DNA of 64,000 nt from Octopus vulgaris (Eukaryota), in the NCBI GenBank assembly GCA_951406725.2, contig OX597835.1, positions 10,044,001 through 10,108,000 of the forward strand. Direction: 5' to 3'. Of the stretch, positions 40,440 through 54,620 are shown piece by piece. The notes below the pieces were generated by a model. It saw nothing but the letters and a program-made list of their open reading frames with translations, was not told where the DNA came from and ran no database searches. The number at the start of each line of letters is the position of its first letter. Within the stretch, counting starts at the first letter, position 1. A program made the position numbers and the translations under genes.

Positions 40440-41400
40440 GCGATTAGGAATTGCTGCCATGATGTTTTCGTGGTATAAGTTGTAGGTGTGTTATTTTTGC
40501 TGCAAAGACAAGCTTAGCGTAGCCGAACCGAAAGATGCTTTCAAGGTTTCCGTTCGTGGAATCATTATAGGATTGATGTGTGGGGTCCCTGTAGCATGGT
40601 TGGTGAAAATTAAGGAAGAATAAGCAAGTAGAATCATCTGCGGAAAAATAGTTGGTGGAAGCGGAAGCGAGTAGGTGATTAATGATATATAGAAGGAAGT
40701 GATCAGCGGACGAAACCACACCCTGGGACATATCAGAACTAATAGAGTCTATGTAATGAGGAGCTACATCAATACACATTGTGAAAGTGCGATTTAATGG
40801 GAAGCTGTTGATCCATGTAAGCGTGCAGTTTCGATTGAAGATTCACCTACCAGAAAACACGAAATACCTTTTAAATGATGACCCGTTGGTGGTTGACACA
40901 GAAGACTATAACGTTTTGTGATTGTGCTCTATGAAAGCCATAATGATGGCCATTAACCCCTTACCCAACAATTATTTTGAAAATAAATGTATTTTTTCAG
41001 ACATATTTTTTATTTGTTTTATTTTTTAATTGTCGATTTTGGCAAGTCTATCTTTTGACGAGTTAACTCGCCAGAGATAGAAAAAAACGATTTAGGTCAA
41101 AACGCATATATTCGTTTCTGCCGGGTAAGGGGTTAAGACGTGGGGTTTTAGGTATTGCGGAACGTCAGGATTATTAGATGTCTTAACTGGAAATGGATGT
41201 AGTAGGACGGTAGTATTCAGATCAGAGATTTTGCCCTCCTTGATACAAAATGGCGACACACATCTAACTATAGGATATTTCCATAAACCAGGGTAGATCA
41301 ATGTAGGGAGAAAGATTATAGGGGCTAGCTTTGAGATACAATGATTGAGGGTAGTTAGTAGGGACACTGTTTAGAGCCAGCAAACTTGTTGGTTTTTTTG
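40440..41400 (-). pseudogene. Decayed LINE ORF2 (CR1/Jockey-like reverse transcriptase)
   Basis: SDMSQGVVSSADHFLLYIINHLL...SADDST (PQG and Y/FADD motifs) and upstream CISKLAP..LWKYPIV..KEGKISD (WKxAxVxPIxKKG motif). Confidence 0.75.
40957..41132. mobile_element. piggyBac-type MITE (176 bp) inserted in the LINE remnant
   Basis: TTAA|CCCCTTACCC ... GGGTAAGGGG|TTAA. Confidence 0.8.
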
Positions 41401-42326
41401 AAGAGACTGAAAGTAATTTTGCTCTTCACGTATATGTCTGTGAGGTACCTGGAGGCGTGGAAAGGGAGATTTGAAGTCCATTACCCGTAAATATGTTGTA
41501 CGGAGTTGAGGAGAAAGAGAATTCTGTAAAGCTGGAAGGGATTTTGCTGAAAAATAACCGGAAAAGACCGCAAGAAACGATGGCAGTTTGAGCGATATGA
41601 CATACTAACTACGCTATAACCGAAAGGATCCTTCACGTCTCGAGCAGCGGTCTTGTGGGAACTGCATTAATGGCTAAAGGCCGACAATTTTTCTTTTTTT
41701 TTTTTTGTTGGGTATTTCTAAACATTGTGGGTTTCGTCTATATTTCAAAGGGATTAAGCCACTATAATCCATATTGAAAATAAAGAAATGAATACAGATG
41801 TAGTTGTGTTTGTGTATACGTGTGCGTGTGTGAGAGAGAGAGCGAGAGAGGGGGGGAGAGAGAATGGTTTACCGACTTATAATTTTATCTATGCACGTAT
41901 ACATGCATGTATGTATGTATGCACGTATGTATGTCATTTTGTGCGACTATGTGTGTATGTATGTATGTATGTATGTATGTATGCACGTATGTATGCACGT
42001 ATGTATGTATGTATGCACGTATGTATGTATGAATGTATGTATGTATGTATGTATGAATGTATGTATGTATGTATGCATGCATGTATGTATGTATGTATGT
42101 ATGAATTTATGTATGTATGCATGCATGTATGTATGTATGAATGTATGTATGCATGTATATATATATATGTCTGCCTGTTTGTATGTATGTATGTATGTAT
42201 GTATGTATGTATGTATGCATGCATGTATGTATGTATTTATGTATGTATGTATGTATGTATGTATACGAGGGCCTATTTCTTTTCTGCAAATGTATGCTTC
42301 TATGACATTTTACATGTTGCCTTTGT

Positions 42327-42428
42327 TACAAAATGGCGACACACATCTAACATGGCCGCCATTCAGCAGTTGTGTGGCTTTTATAGCTATCAGTTGTTGC
42401 TATTTGTCCTGCTTTTCAAACTTCCGGC
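42327..42428. promoter_or_regulatory. Promoter-like cluster of YY1-type and ETS-type motifs
   Basis: AAAATGGCG (42330-42338), AACATGGCCGCCATT (about 42349-42363) and ACTTCCGG (42420-42427) within 100 bp. Confidence 0.3.
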
Positions 42429-43218
42429 CCAGAGTTTGAGCAATTAATCTTCGTATTACTTTCCAATTCTTCATTTCGTTATTTCGTTATTTTATCGATA
42501 GTCACCATTCTGTCTGTCTAGTTGAGTTTTGCTGGGGGTTTTTTAATGTTTTTATCTTCCTTAACGTTTTCGTTTTATAATATTTATGTTGTAAAGTTTT
42601 AAATGGATTTTAACGTTAATTTTTCTTATTCTTGTTGTTGCTGTTTTGTTAACACGTGGCTATTGTGGTTATTATTTTAAGCATACACACACACACACAC
42701 ACACACATGTATTTATGTATATATACGTGTACATACTTGTGTATGTGTACGTACATATTTGTGTATATATGTATGTATATGTAAAATCGCTCCTAGTGAT
42801 TTCTCTCTTGCCAAACATGCTTAATGTAATTATATTTCGCCTGGAGTTTATCTCTTTATCTTGGCGCCGAGGGCTTCTCCAAGAGCCGTCCATTTAAATA
42901 CTTTCACCATTCCTTCCTTGTTATTTATTCATTTCTTAATTAAAACATTCCACTTACCATCATACGGATGCTGTATTATCATCATCCTTACCATCGTCGT
43001 CATCATCATCATCATCATCATTATCATTGTTGTTGTTGTTGTTATTTGAATTTTTTATTTTTACATCTTTTATTTTGCTTGACTTCTGTACACTCGACGT
43101 CAGCCTCCTATCCCGCAACCAACCGTTTGTATCTTGGTTTATATTTCGTCCTTGTATGTCCAAAAGGTTTTGGACACTTGCGAGCAATAAACGAAATTGA
43201 TATTATTGTAACTAATAA

Positions 43219-43410
43219 GGCGGTGAGATGGCAGAGTTATTAGCACGCCGGGTGTTCAATGCTTAGCGGTATTTCGACCATCTTTACGTTCTGAGTTCAA
43301 ATTTCACCGAGGTTAACTTTGCCTTTCATCTTTTCGGGGTCGATAAAATAAGTACCAGTGAACGATTGGGGTAGATAAAATCGACTATCCCCCTCCTTCA
43401 AATTATTGGA
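43219..43410 (+). mobile_element. SINE family A (tail A2, truncated into (ATT)n)
   Basis: Family A head, B-box and central domain. Confidence 0.8.
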
Positions 43411-43428
43411 TTGTTGTTATTATTATTA

Positions 43429-43469
<41 letters not shown>

Positions 43470-43576
43470 GTTATTATTATTATTATTATTATTATCATCA
43501 TTATCATTATTATTATTGGATTATTATTATCATTATTATCATTATTATTATTATTATTATTATTGGATTATTATTA

Positions 43577-43707
<131 letters not shown>

Positions 43708-44262
43708 GAGTGAGCGAGCAGAGCATGCCATCAAAGTGACACTGGGGTAAAATATACGAAGCCCAGTATACCCATCATGACTACCCGTCTGATAAGGGTA
43801 CACCAGGCACATGCATCACAACCATATGTGCGCGACATGGTGATCTCATATCAAGATAAACAGCACATGACCTTGCAGGTGGAGCCCAGTTAGAATTTTC
43901 TTCAGATCGAGTAACCCATCCCGCTCAAAAGGTCCCTGAATAAGGGTTGTTTAAGGACGTTGAACGAAACACCCATGTTTCCAGAGGTGAATTATTCAAA
44001 CCCCAAAGAATCCTTCTCAACACATGGCTATGATGCTCCCCCACTACTTCTGCTCGTGATCAGAGATGCACATATCGTCAGCCACTAAGGGACATGCTCA
44101 ACTGGTTAAGGTCAAACAACTGACAAGCAAATCTGTGGTATTGAGCAGAATATTTGCTGTAGCCCATCTTTTATACCAAGACAAAACAATGTACAAGATA
44201 ACACTTCCAATAAGTTAAGATCAGAAGCGACGAGAGCCACTGCTTGGTACTGCATCGGGGCA

Positions 44263-44263
<1 letters not shown>
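43708..44263 (-). mobile_element. Family E, full-length 556-bp element in (ATT)n
   Basis: Reverse complement of 57259-57814 with the same termini; (ATT)n on both sides. Confidence 0.85.
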
Positions 44264-44331
<68 letters not shown>

Positions 44332-44403
44332 CATTATTATTATTAATATTATTATTATTATTATCATTATTATTATTAATATTATTATTATTATTATTAT
44401 TAA

Positions 44404-44524
<121 letters not shown>

Positions 44525-44707
44525 GGCAAATTAGCAGACTCGCTGCCGCTTAGTAGCATTTCTTCCGACTCAATACGTTTTTAGTTCAAATTTCGTCAAG
44601 GTTGACTTTACCTTTCATCCTTTCTGGATCGATAAAGTAAGTACCAGTTGAACACTGGAATCTACGTAACCGATTTACACAACCGGCCTTCTGTCGAGAT
44701 TTGAAAC

Positions 44708-44764
<57 letters not shown>

Positions 44765-44785
44765 CAGCAGCAGCTCAGGACGCCA

Positions 44786-44840
44786 GTATACTACCAGACA
44801 CCGTGTTTCGATCTCATGCGATCTCCTCAGTGACGAATAC
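44786..44840 (-). ncRNA. Type I hammerhead ribozyme motif (compact, canonical core)
   Basis: Minus strand GTATTCGTCA-CTGAGGA-GATC GCATGA GATC-GAAA-CACGGT-GUC-TGGTAGTATAC; stems I, II and III all pair. Confidence 0.8.
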
Positions 44841-45703
44841 CCCGAGCGTTCAGAAATGAGCCGAAAATACTTGCTCCGATATAGAAATCGATAAAGACAA
44901 CATTCACTGATTTGTGCGCAAGTTAGGCCAGGCTCCAAATGATTCTGGCTCACAGCGTTCAGAGTATTCGTTACAGATGAGATTTGGTGTGATTTAACAG
45001 CTATTTCTAGCATCTCTACAGACCAGGCAATGGTTTTCTTCCAGGCTGGGAAGAAAGGAGGGGGGGTCTTCGTTTGCTATTGTTCGTGTTCTTGTATCTA
45101 TCTTCTTTCTTAGTGTTAAGTATTGTTACTTTGATGCTGCCATTGTTATTTCCGCCCTTTGTTTTTAAAATGAATTACTAATAACCATTTTTTAAAGAAA
45201 ATTCCTTGCGATATAAACAAAAATAATAGATAAAAATTAGTATTATATTCAGATATAATTGAAAAGGTATCTTTCCCTTTGTTTTAATAGAACTAAAGTT
45301 CATGCATCTTTGAAAGCGTATGCAGCGTGTGCGCATGCGCATTCATACATACATGCATACATGAATACATTCATGCATACATTCATACATATATGCATAC
45401 ATACATGCATACATACATGCATGCATACGTACGTACATACATACATACATACATACATACATGCATACATACATACATACATACATACATACATGCATAC
45501 ATACATACATACATGCATGCATACATACGTTCATACATACATACATTCATACACACATACACGCATACATACAAACATGCATTCATACATACATTCATAC
45601 ATACATACATACATACATACATACATACATACATACATACATACATACATACATGCATGCATACATACATTCATACATACATGCATTCATATATGCATTG
45701 ACA

Positions 45704-46120
45704 GCACCAGTGCTGATTCGAACATTTGGAATACTTGACTGATTTGTAGAAGAAATCCACTCGACAGACGTTAAAACCCGAAAGATACATCAACTGGAAA
45801 CCTCTCCAGAAATAGTGATGTCAACAGGCTCTACCCTAGAAGAGATGAAAGGCGTAGGGGCTTAAAAGAGATCAGTGCAGACAGCCTTCCAGTGTCGTAT
45901 AGTCTCTCGTAGACAGTACTTGCTATACAACAGCAGCAAAAATAAGTATATTAATTTAATGCCGAATGATGGGGAGTACACTATCCTACGTATCGGAAGT
46001 ACTCTCTTCCTCCTGACCTCCCATACAACCCCAAAACAGACAGACTAACATACCTCAAAGAAGACCTCGATACGAAACGCTCAGCTTACCAAAACAAAAT
46101 CATGCATAGGTATGTTTCCT
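45704..46120 (+). pseudogene. Decayed RT C-terminal region of an R4/Dong-like (RLE-type) non-LTR retrotransposon
   Basis: APVLIRTFGILD*FVEEIHSTDVKTRKI / TGNLSRNSDVNRLYPRRDERRRGL / AYQNKIMHRY match PVLTYSFGIIxW..IDxKTRK..SDVDRLYxxRxxGGRGL..KxLHG. Confidence 0.7.
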
Positions 46121-46149
46121 GAACACTTGAAGAAGGCTGTAATATTGGT

Positions 46150-46358
46150 TTCAAATTTTGGCACAAAATCCAGTTCTTTCAGGAAAGGGTTAAGTTGATT
46201 ACTTCGAACTCAGTTTTCAACTGGTATTTATTTTATCGACCCCTAAAGGATGAAAGACAAAATCGACCCCGACCGCATTTGAACTCCGAACATGAAGACG
46301 GATGAAATGCCGCCAAGCATTTTTCCCGGCATACTAGCAGTTCTGCCAGCACGCCACC
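46150..46358 (-). mobile_element. SINE family A, diverged
   Basis: Reverse complement of family A head and body with an A2-like tail. Confidence 0.75.
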
Positions 46359-47248
46359 CTTGAAAAAGACGGTGGTATTGACATGACGCGAAACCTCTCT
46401 CGGACTCGTGACCACTACATCACATCACACTTCGAAGGCTGTGCGTTTGCAATATAAAAACAAGAGATTGCTACCAAATACCCAATAAACAACAAAAAGA
46501 ACGGTTAGGCTCTTGGCGTTCTAATGCAACTTGGAAAAGTAGATTATGTATTTCTGTGGTAGACATTTATGCCGATAAATATTGGAACACTTGGTTTTGT
46601 AAGCAAATGCCTGTTAGTCAGGATAAGCTTGGATTTTCAGAAAAGAAATCGACCAGCCGATTCACACATTACAAATACTGCCTGTAAGCGAAACAGTAAA
46701 AGTATGCAAGGCTTTTCTTAGATTTAAAATGTGACATTGTTTTCGTTATCTACATTCCAAAGGTGCAGCTTCGTATATTTGTTAGAAAGCTGCTCCTTCC
46801 TGGCAAGAAGAGTTTAATTAATCGAAAACAAAAAAGAACAACATACATATGAAAAATGTGTACAATTCTCTAGGGACCCCAATTCATGTGTATTTGCTGG
46901 GGCAGACATACGTGGAAATGGCATGAGTGAACACACATAGAAATAACGGTGAAGCATAGATTTTTGTTTATTGAAATGAAACGAATATGTCCCATACAAA
47001 CACAGGCTATCCATGAGCAGAAACATGCATATATACACACACACATATCAACCAATTCAGACAACCACAAACCTTTCCCTGCCATCCACCTCAACACCTG
47101 TCTTAAACTTAAATAAAAGAATCTTTCCACTTGTTGGTCTGGAGCCAGGTTTGAATTCTCCAAAATAAAAACAAATTTAATAAATCCTACAGAAAACACA
47201 TACACACAGACAAAGCTACATAATCCATACATACAATATATATACATA

Positions 47249-47300
<52 letters not shown>

Positions 47301-47359
47301 TTCATGTAGAATGAAAATATAACCGTTTTAACCTACCCCCTTCTTTGTCCTCTCCCTCT

Positions 47360-47416
<57 letters not shown>

Positions 47417-49242
47417 TTTCTTTGTCTTTCTCTAACTCACGTCTCTTCTTTTTTCCAACGATTATTAGAACGCTGGTCTTCCTTTGTAACACAACTATAT
47501 TTAGCAAATGTATTAACAGTTATCCTTCTCCAGATATAGATTTCCTTTTTTTCTTTTTATAAACAGTCGAACGTTTCAGAATTTCTCCATAGTCAGTGGA
47601 TTTTTGTAAGGTTTAAAGTTCAAATTTACGTTTAAATAGATTTACAGGAAATTATTTTCATTCTTCTATTTCAAGTGAGTAAACCCGTGTATAACAAGAC
47701 GGATGAGAAAAAACCATTATCCGTCGAGATACGAAACTTAGAAGATTTCTTGTTTACTTGAGTGTTTGGGGGTGAAATCTGTAACAGAAGAGTTAAATAA
47801 TGAAGAAAACAAATAAAAAAAAAAGAAAAGAAGTGGAATGGTTTTAGGTTGGATATTAAAACTTCGTTCTGTCTTCAATTCTTAACAGACAAAATCCATT
47901 CATACAAAGTTATAATAATACTGGTTATATTGATGCGGTGATAACAATAAGATTATGATTCGATCGTCTGGATATGGTTGATAGCAAGTAAATCCCTCGC
48001 TGGACAACAATAATTTCTATTAGCAATAAATAATAATGGTACAAATGTTGACAACAAAAGATATTGAAGAGAGAAGAGAGATTCGTGTTAGAGAACGATG
48101 ATGCTGTACAGGAAGATGTTGGTGGCAGACAGAGAAAGAGAGAGATGAGGAGAGAGAGAGTCTGTCAAGTTCAACAATGCTTGGAATCGGTAACAGTGCA
48201 TATGTGGTGGGAGATGAATAAAGGTGAAAGTCCTCCCAGCATCTCACAACTCCAGCATTTATCAAAGCATAACGATGAAGTCTTCGCAGTTATTAACAAT
48301 GTGTTTGCTACGATATAGAAATTGTTAAATATTGGAGTTGATTAACGTACGTCTTGATCCACAGGCATATTAGATAGTTTCACCAAAGAATAGAAGGTTA
48401 AAGACATGGTTACATCATGTAATGTAATGTATGTATGTATGTATGTATGTATGTATGTATGTATGTATGTATGTATGTATGTATGTATGTATGTATGTAT
48501 GTATGTATGTATGTATGTATGTATGTATGTATGTATGTATGTATGTATGTATGTATGTATGTAGTATGTATGTACGTATGTATGTATGTATGAATGTATG
48601 AATCTATGTATGTATGTATGTATGTATGTATGAATGTATGTATGTATGTATGAATCTATGTATGTATGTATGCAGTATGTATGTACGTATGTATGTATGT
48701 GTGTATGAATGTATGAATCTATGTATGTATGTATGTATGTATGTATGTATGTATGTATGTATGTATGTATGTATGTATGTATGTATGTGTCTGTGTGTCT
48801 GTGTGTGTCTGTGTATGTGTTTGTGTGTGTGCGTGTGTGTGTGGGACAATCTTCACCAGAATGTTGATATAAAATATTGAAAGTGTTTGTGAAAATAAAA
48901 ATGAAAAGTAAAAAGATGAAAACGTTTGAATTTGACAAATGTGTTGACAACGCTCAGTTTTACAAATGGTGGTTTGTGCGTGTGTGTGTGTGTGTCCTGT
49001 GTGTGTAAGAGAGAGAAAGAGAGACAGGGAGACAGAGAAAGAAAAAAATAGAGGTTAAGGGGGGTGGCAAACGTTTGTATTTACAAGTGATAAAAAAAAA
49101 ATTTACTCAGTCTACAAAAGATTGTGTTTGGTATACCTTAAACTCTAAAGCTTTTCATACCGTAACTTGGAGAATCAGGTGTTCTAGTCATCAATGATTT
49201 CGGAACGGCAAAAAATGACTATGGCAATATATCACCAAAAAT

Positions 49243-49408
49243 AGTGGCTGTGTGGTAAGTAGCTTGCTTACCAACCACATGGTTCCGGGTTCAGTCCCAC
49301 TGCGTGGCACCTTGGGCAAGTGTCTTCTACTATAGCCTCGGGCCGACCAAAGCCTTGTGAGTGAATTTGGTAGACGGAAACTGAAAAGAAGCCCGTCGTA
49401 TATATATG

Positions 49409-49492
<84 letters not shown>

Positions 49493-49702
49493 TGTGTCTG
49501 TGTTTGTCTCCCTAGTATTGCTTGACAACCGATGCTGCTGGTGTGTTTATGTCCCCGTCACTTAGCGGTTCGGCAAAAGAGACACGATAGAATAAGTACT
49601 GGGCTTACAAAGAATAAGTCCCGGGTCGAGTTGCTCGATTAAAGGTGGTGCTCCAGCATGGCCGCAGTCAAATTACTGAAACAAGTAAAAGAGTTAAAGA
49701 GT
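49243..49702 (+). mobile_element. SINE family B
   Basis: Near full length, expanded internal (TG)n. Confidence 0.9.
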
Positions 49703-49779
49703 AAGTCCATGTATAAGTAGATAACATTTCAGCGCCATTTGATTGGTTGTCCACAAATATTTTGAGCAGCAACAGAAGT

Positions 49780-50050
49780 GGAGGCGCAATGGCCCAGTGG
49801 TTAGGGCAGCGAACTCGCGGTCGGAGGATCGCAGTTTCGATTCCCAGACCGGGCATTGCGTGTGTTTATTGATCGAAAACACCTAAAGCTCCACAAGGCT
49901 CCAGCAGGAGTGCTGGCGACCCCTGTTGTACTCTTTCTTCTGTTAGCCTGCTCGCTTAGCCAGCGGGGTGGCGTCATTTGAAGGCTATAACAATGCGAAG
50001 CGCATTGTGACCAGCGATGTGTAGCAACATCTGATAGCCCGGTCGGTCAC

Positions 50051-50053
<3 letters not shown>
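49780..50053 (+). mobile_element. SINE, head C + tail Y
   Basis: A-box TGGCCCAGTGG, B-box-like GTTTCGATTCCC; body shared with 7648-8008 but the tail differs and is shared with 1975-2224. Confidence 0.8.
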
Positions 50054-50108
<55 letters not shown>

Positions 50109-50294
50109 TTTGTTTTTGTATCTGGTTTTCAAAATTCTTTATGTGAATTCGTGTGTTCATATTTAACCAGTTAACTAATAATAAAGGAGTGGAATTGAAC
50201 CAGTGCGTGTGTTAATATTGGCATAATGACTCTCCATAGAAACACACAACATATGTATATATATCTCTATGCATTTTTTTAAATACCAGGAACA

Positions 50295-50593
50295 ATTGCA
50301 GCGTGGAAGGTGTTTAGAAACCATTTAAAAACACACAAAAACCGTTAGATTCACTTCAACATTTAAATTTAATTTGTGGAAATATTTGAAAGCAGCACGG
50401 AATTTTGTCAGTGGACAGGTCGCGGTCTCAAAGCAACGAAAATATTTCCACAAATTAAATTTAAATGTTGAAGTGAATCTAACGGTTTTTGTGTGTTTTT
50501 AAATGGTTTCTAAACACTTTCCACGCTGCAATTGTTTTTGTTTTAGCACATGATCTCAGATCAGGTCACTTGCTATGCAAGTACATCTCCGTA
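50295..50593 (+). mobile_element. Foldback insertion with 97-bp inverted arms and 10-bp TSD (Penelope-like architecture)
   Basis: 50291-50387 versus 50440-50536 (one mismatch); ACCAGGAACA at 50285-50294 and 50594-50603. Confidence 0.75.
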
Positions 50594-50834
50594 ACCAGGA
50601 ACACTATTTTTTTTTAAAGTCATGACGAAATAAGAAATATCCCTTTTATTCTTTCATACTTTAAAAACATACATGATCTTATAAAAAAGATAAGAACACA
50701 AATGGGTTAAACTTTCACGTCATCTATTTCAGACACGTTTTTTTTTATTTGATGAATATTTCGATTACACCATGAAAACCACCGTTCCCTTGGGGTGAAC
50801 TATATATATGTATATGTGTGTATATATATGTATG

Positions 50835-50912
<78 letters not shown>

Positions 50913-51807
50913 GAAAGAGAGAGAGAGAGCAGAGCAGAGATGGACAGACAGATAGAAAAACACATGGTATACATAAACGTGTCCTAGAGAACATAACATA
51001 ATTTATTTGCACTTAAGGCATATTTCTACAACTTGTTGCATCGCTGATGGATTTTGGTAAGTTACTTACCAAGCAAACTACAATTTTATAAGGCTTTGTA
51101 AATCAATACAAATTGATCACGGCCGTTCTTTCGACGCACCATATATTTCTATGTGTGAGTGTGTACGTTTGAGTGTTTTTGTGTGTGTACATGTGTGTTT
51201 GGAGCGTATTTTGAAGCCTCGTTTAATGACTGCTTCCACTTTTCCCTTGTAGAATTCCCCGCTTTATTGAAAAGAATAATAAATTCTAAATATATTTTAC
51301 CATTCTACGATGATGATAATATTGCCATTCATTCTTTCTAATTTGGTTCCATTTTCCATTGGTTGTAATAACATTTGTTTGCGCTGACTCTACCCTGCAT
51401 CTTTCAATTTCATATACACACATACACATATACACTTATACATATACACTTATACATATACAGCATGCAAGAAAAACTTACATACTTCCAGCTCATCGAT
51501 ATCAATTACTTTCATATATTAACATAACAATTTTTATTTTATTTTTCCTGTTGCATTTTGGATTGGTATTTTTACTTTTTTTTATATTTAGGAGTTGTTC
51601 TGGATTTTTTCTTTTTCTTCTTCTTTTTTTTTTTGTTGCAGGTTCGCTTCAAGCAAATATAATAATGCCCAAATATTTCTTTCTCTTAGTAAAAGCAAAA
51701 CATTTTGAGGTTTCAAGCAATATTCACAGCATTAAGTTTGCAATAATAATTATGAAGGCATTTTCTCCATTTTCTGTATATCCCATGTTTGTTAGGAGAA
51801 TATAGAC

Positions 51808-51899
<92 letters not shown>

Positions 51900-51942
51900 G
51901 CAGAAACATGAAAATAAATCTATATATACCTGCCTGTTTACA

Positions 51943-51980
<38 letters not shown>

Positions 51981-52008
51981 TTGATACATAAGGCTATATA
52001 TATAGGCT

Positions 52009-52042
<34 letters not shown>

Positions 52043-52342
52043 TACACATATATATATATGTATGTTATATACACATATATATACGAATACACAAATGTTA
52101 TAAACATATATCCATATACATAAATGTTTTATATATATATATATACATACACAATTGTTATATATATATATATATATAATATATATCGATAACATATGCA
52201 TTTACTTTTAAATATACGTACATATATATTTATATGTATACATATATAGATAGATAGATAGACAGATAGAAAGATAGATAGATATGACATGCACGCACGC
52301 AAACACGAAAACACACACATACATACATGCATACATGCACAC

Positions 52343-52399
<57 letters not shown>

Positions 52400-52616
52400 T
52401 GTAGGAATATGTGCAACATGTTGCCATTTGTTTCAATAATAACATTACAAGATGGAGTGAGAGTAATGTTTCTTTTTTCCCACATCGGAACACGCACGTA
52501 TGTGTGTGAAAGTATATATGTGTGTTTATGCACCCACGTGACTTTTGGGTTGCACAAAGAAAGGAAAACCACAGAACAAATTATGCAGAATTTATAAATA
52601 GACATGTGTATGTGTG

Positions 52617-52664
<48 letters not shown>

Positions 52665-52761
52665 TTAAATTTTCCCTGTAAGTTTTGGGATTATATTCTC
52701 TACTACTATATATATATATAAATATATATATATGTGTGTGTGTATACACAAATATATATAT

Positions 52762-52805
<44 letters not shown>

Positions 52806-53325
52806 GCATGCATGTGTGTATGTACGTATGTATATGTAAGTGTATGTATACAGGAGAGAGTGCGGGTAAGGAGAATCAGGAATATCAATAGTTTCTTGGT
52901 TTCCATGAATTTACAATTTCATAACCATAACAATACAGGATTTCAATAAAAAAACAACATTAAAAACACACTTATATAATAAAAAGAAGCCGTTTTTTGA
53001 GTGTTTTTATTTGTTGCTTTCATTTTTACTTATTTTCATTCTTTTTTTCTCAAGTTTTATTTTTATTTCACGGTTTGTATGTTGTATTTATTAAGCTCTT
53101 GTTGTTGTTATTGTTGCTGTTGTTGTTGTTGTTGTTGTTGTTATTGTTGTTGTTGTTGTTTGTATGGATGTTGTGAATGTTGCTCTCCGCGCTATAGAAA
53201 CAGAAATTAATAATGAAACGCTGCATGGTTGCGTTGATCTCGAGATAACCATTATCTTTCCTTTGTTTTTTATGCTTTCATCAATGGCTGTGTGGGGGAT
53301 CATGTGTGAATACATGCATTGGCAC

Positions 53326-53418
<93 letters not shown>

Positions 53419-53634
53419 TATGTATGTATGTATGTATGTATGTATATGCTATATATGCATATATATATATATATATATGTGTGTTTGTGCGATATATGTA
53501 TATATATAAATATATACATATATATCCACACACACACTCACACACACACATACATATATACATATGTATAAATGTGCATATGTATGTGTTTGGGGGATGT
53601 GTCTTACATATGAATGCATAAATAGACAGATGGT

Positions 53635-53703
<69 letters not shown>

Positions 53704-53984
53704 CTGACAAGTTCATAGATTTCTCGCAAGGATATACATACATACATAAATACATAAATACATAAATACATACATACATACATACATACATACATACATA
53801 CATACATACATACATACATACATACATACATACATACATACATACATACATACATAATATATACATACATATAGGCGTATGTTATCTATAACGTGGTAAC
53901 AGAATGGTAACAGAATGGAAGAAGAAGAAGAAGAAGAAGAAGAAGAAGAAGAAGAAGAAGAAGAAGAAGAAGAAGAAGAAGAAG

Positions 53985-54015
<31 letters not shown>

Positions 54016-54357
54016 GACTGAGATGAGGAGAGAGAGAGAGAGTGTGTGACTAAGAGCAAGGGAAACAAAGAGAGGATAGTCTGAGACTTAATCTCCAGGG
54101 AGAAACCTGGAGCTATTCTCTACACGGACAGAATGCATATCGTAGAAAATTCTATTTATAAACAGTCGCCATGTTGCTGCTTTTGCAAATGACATTCGTT
54201 CTTTTATTTATCCGTTCCTTCACTCATTCACTCTTGTTCCTTCGATCACTCACACACATTCACAGAAGGCTTCATGGCTTTTTTTGTATAGTTTTATTTT
54301 TACTTTTACATGTCGTATTTCATTTCATTCTTCCCCCCTCCCTCCAATCTCCCACAT

Positions 54358-54398
<41 letters not shown>

Positions 54399-54484
54399 CA
54401 TGTGTGTGTATGTATTTATGTATGCATATGTATATACATTTTGTATGTGTCACATGTATTTGTATGTATATCATCCTATTATTA

Positions 54485-54620
<136 letters not shown>

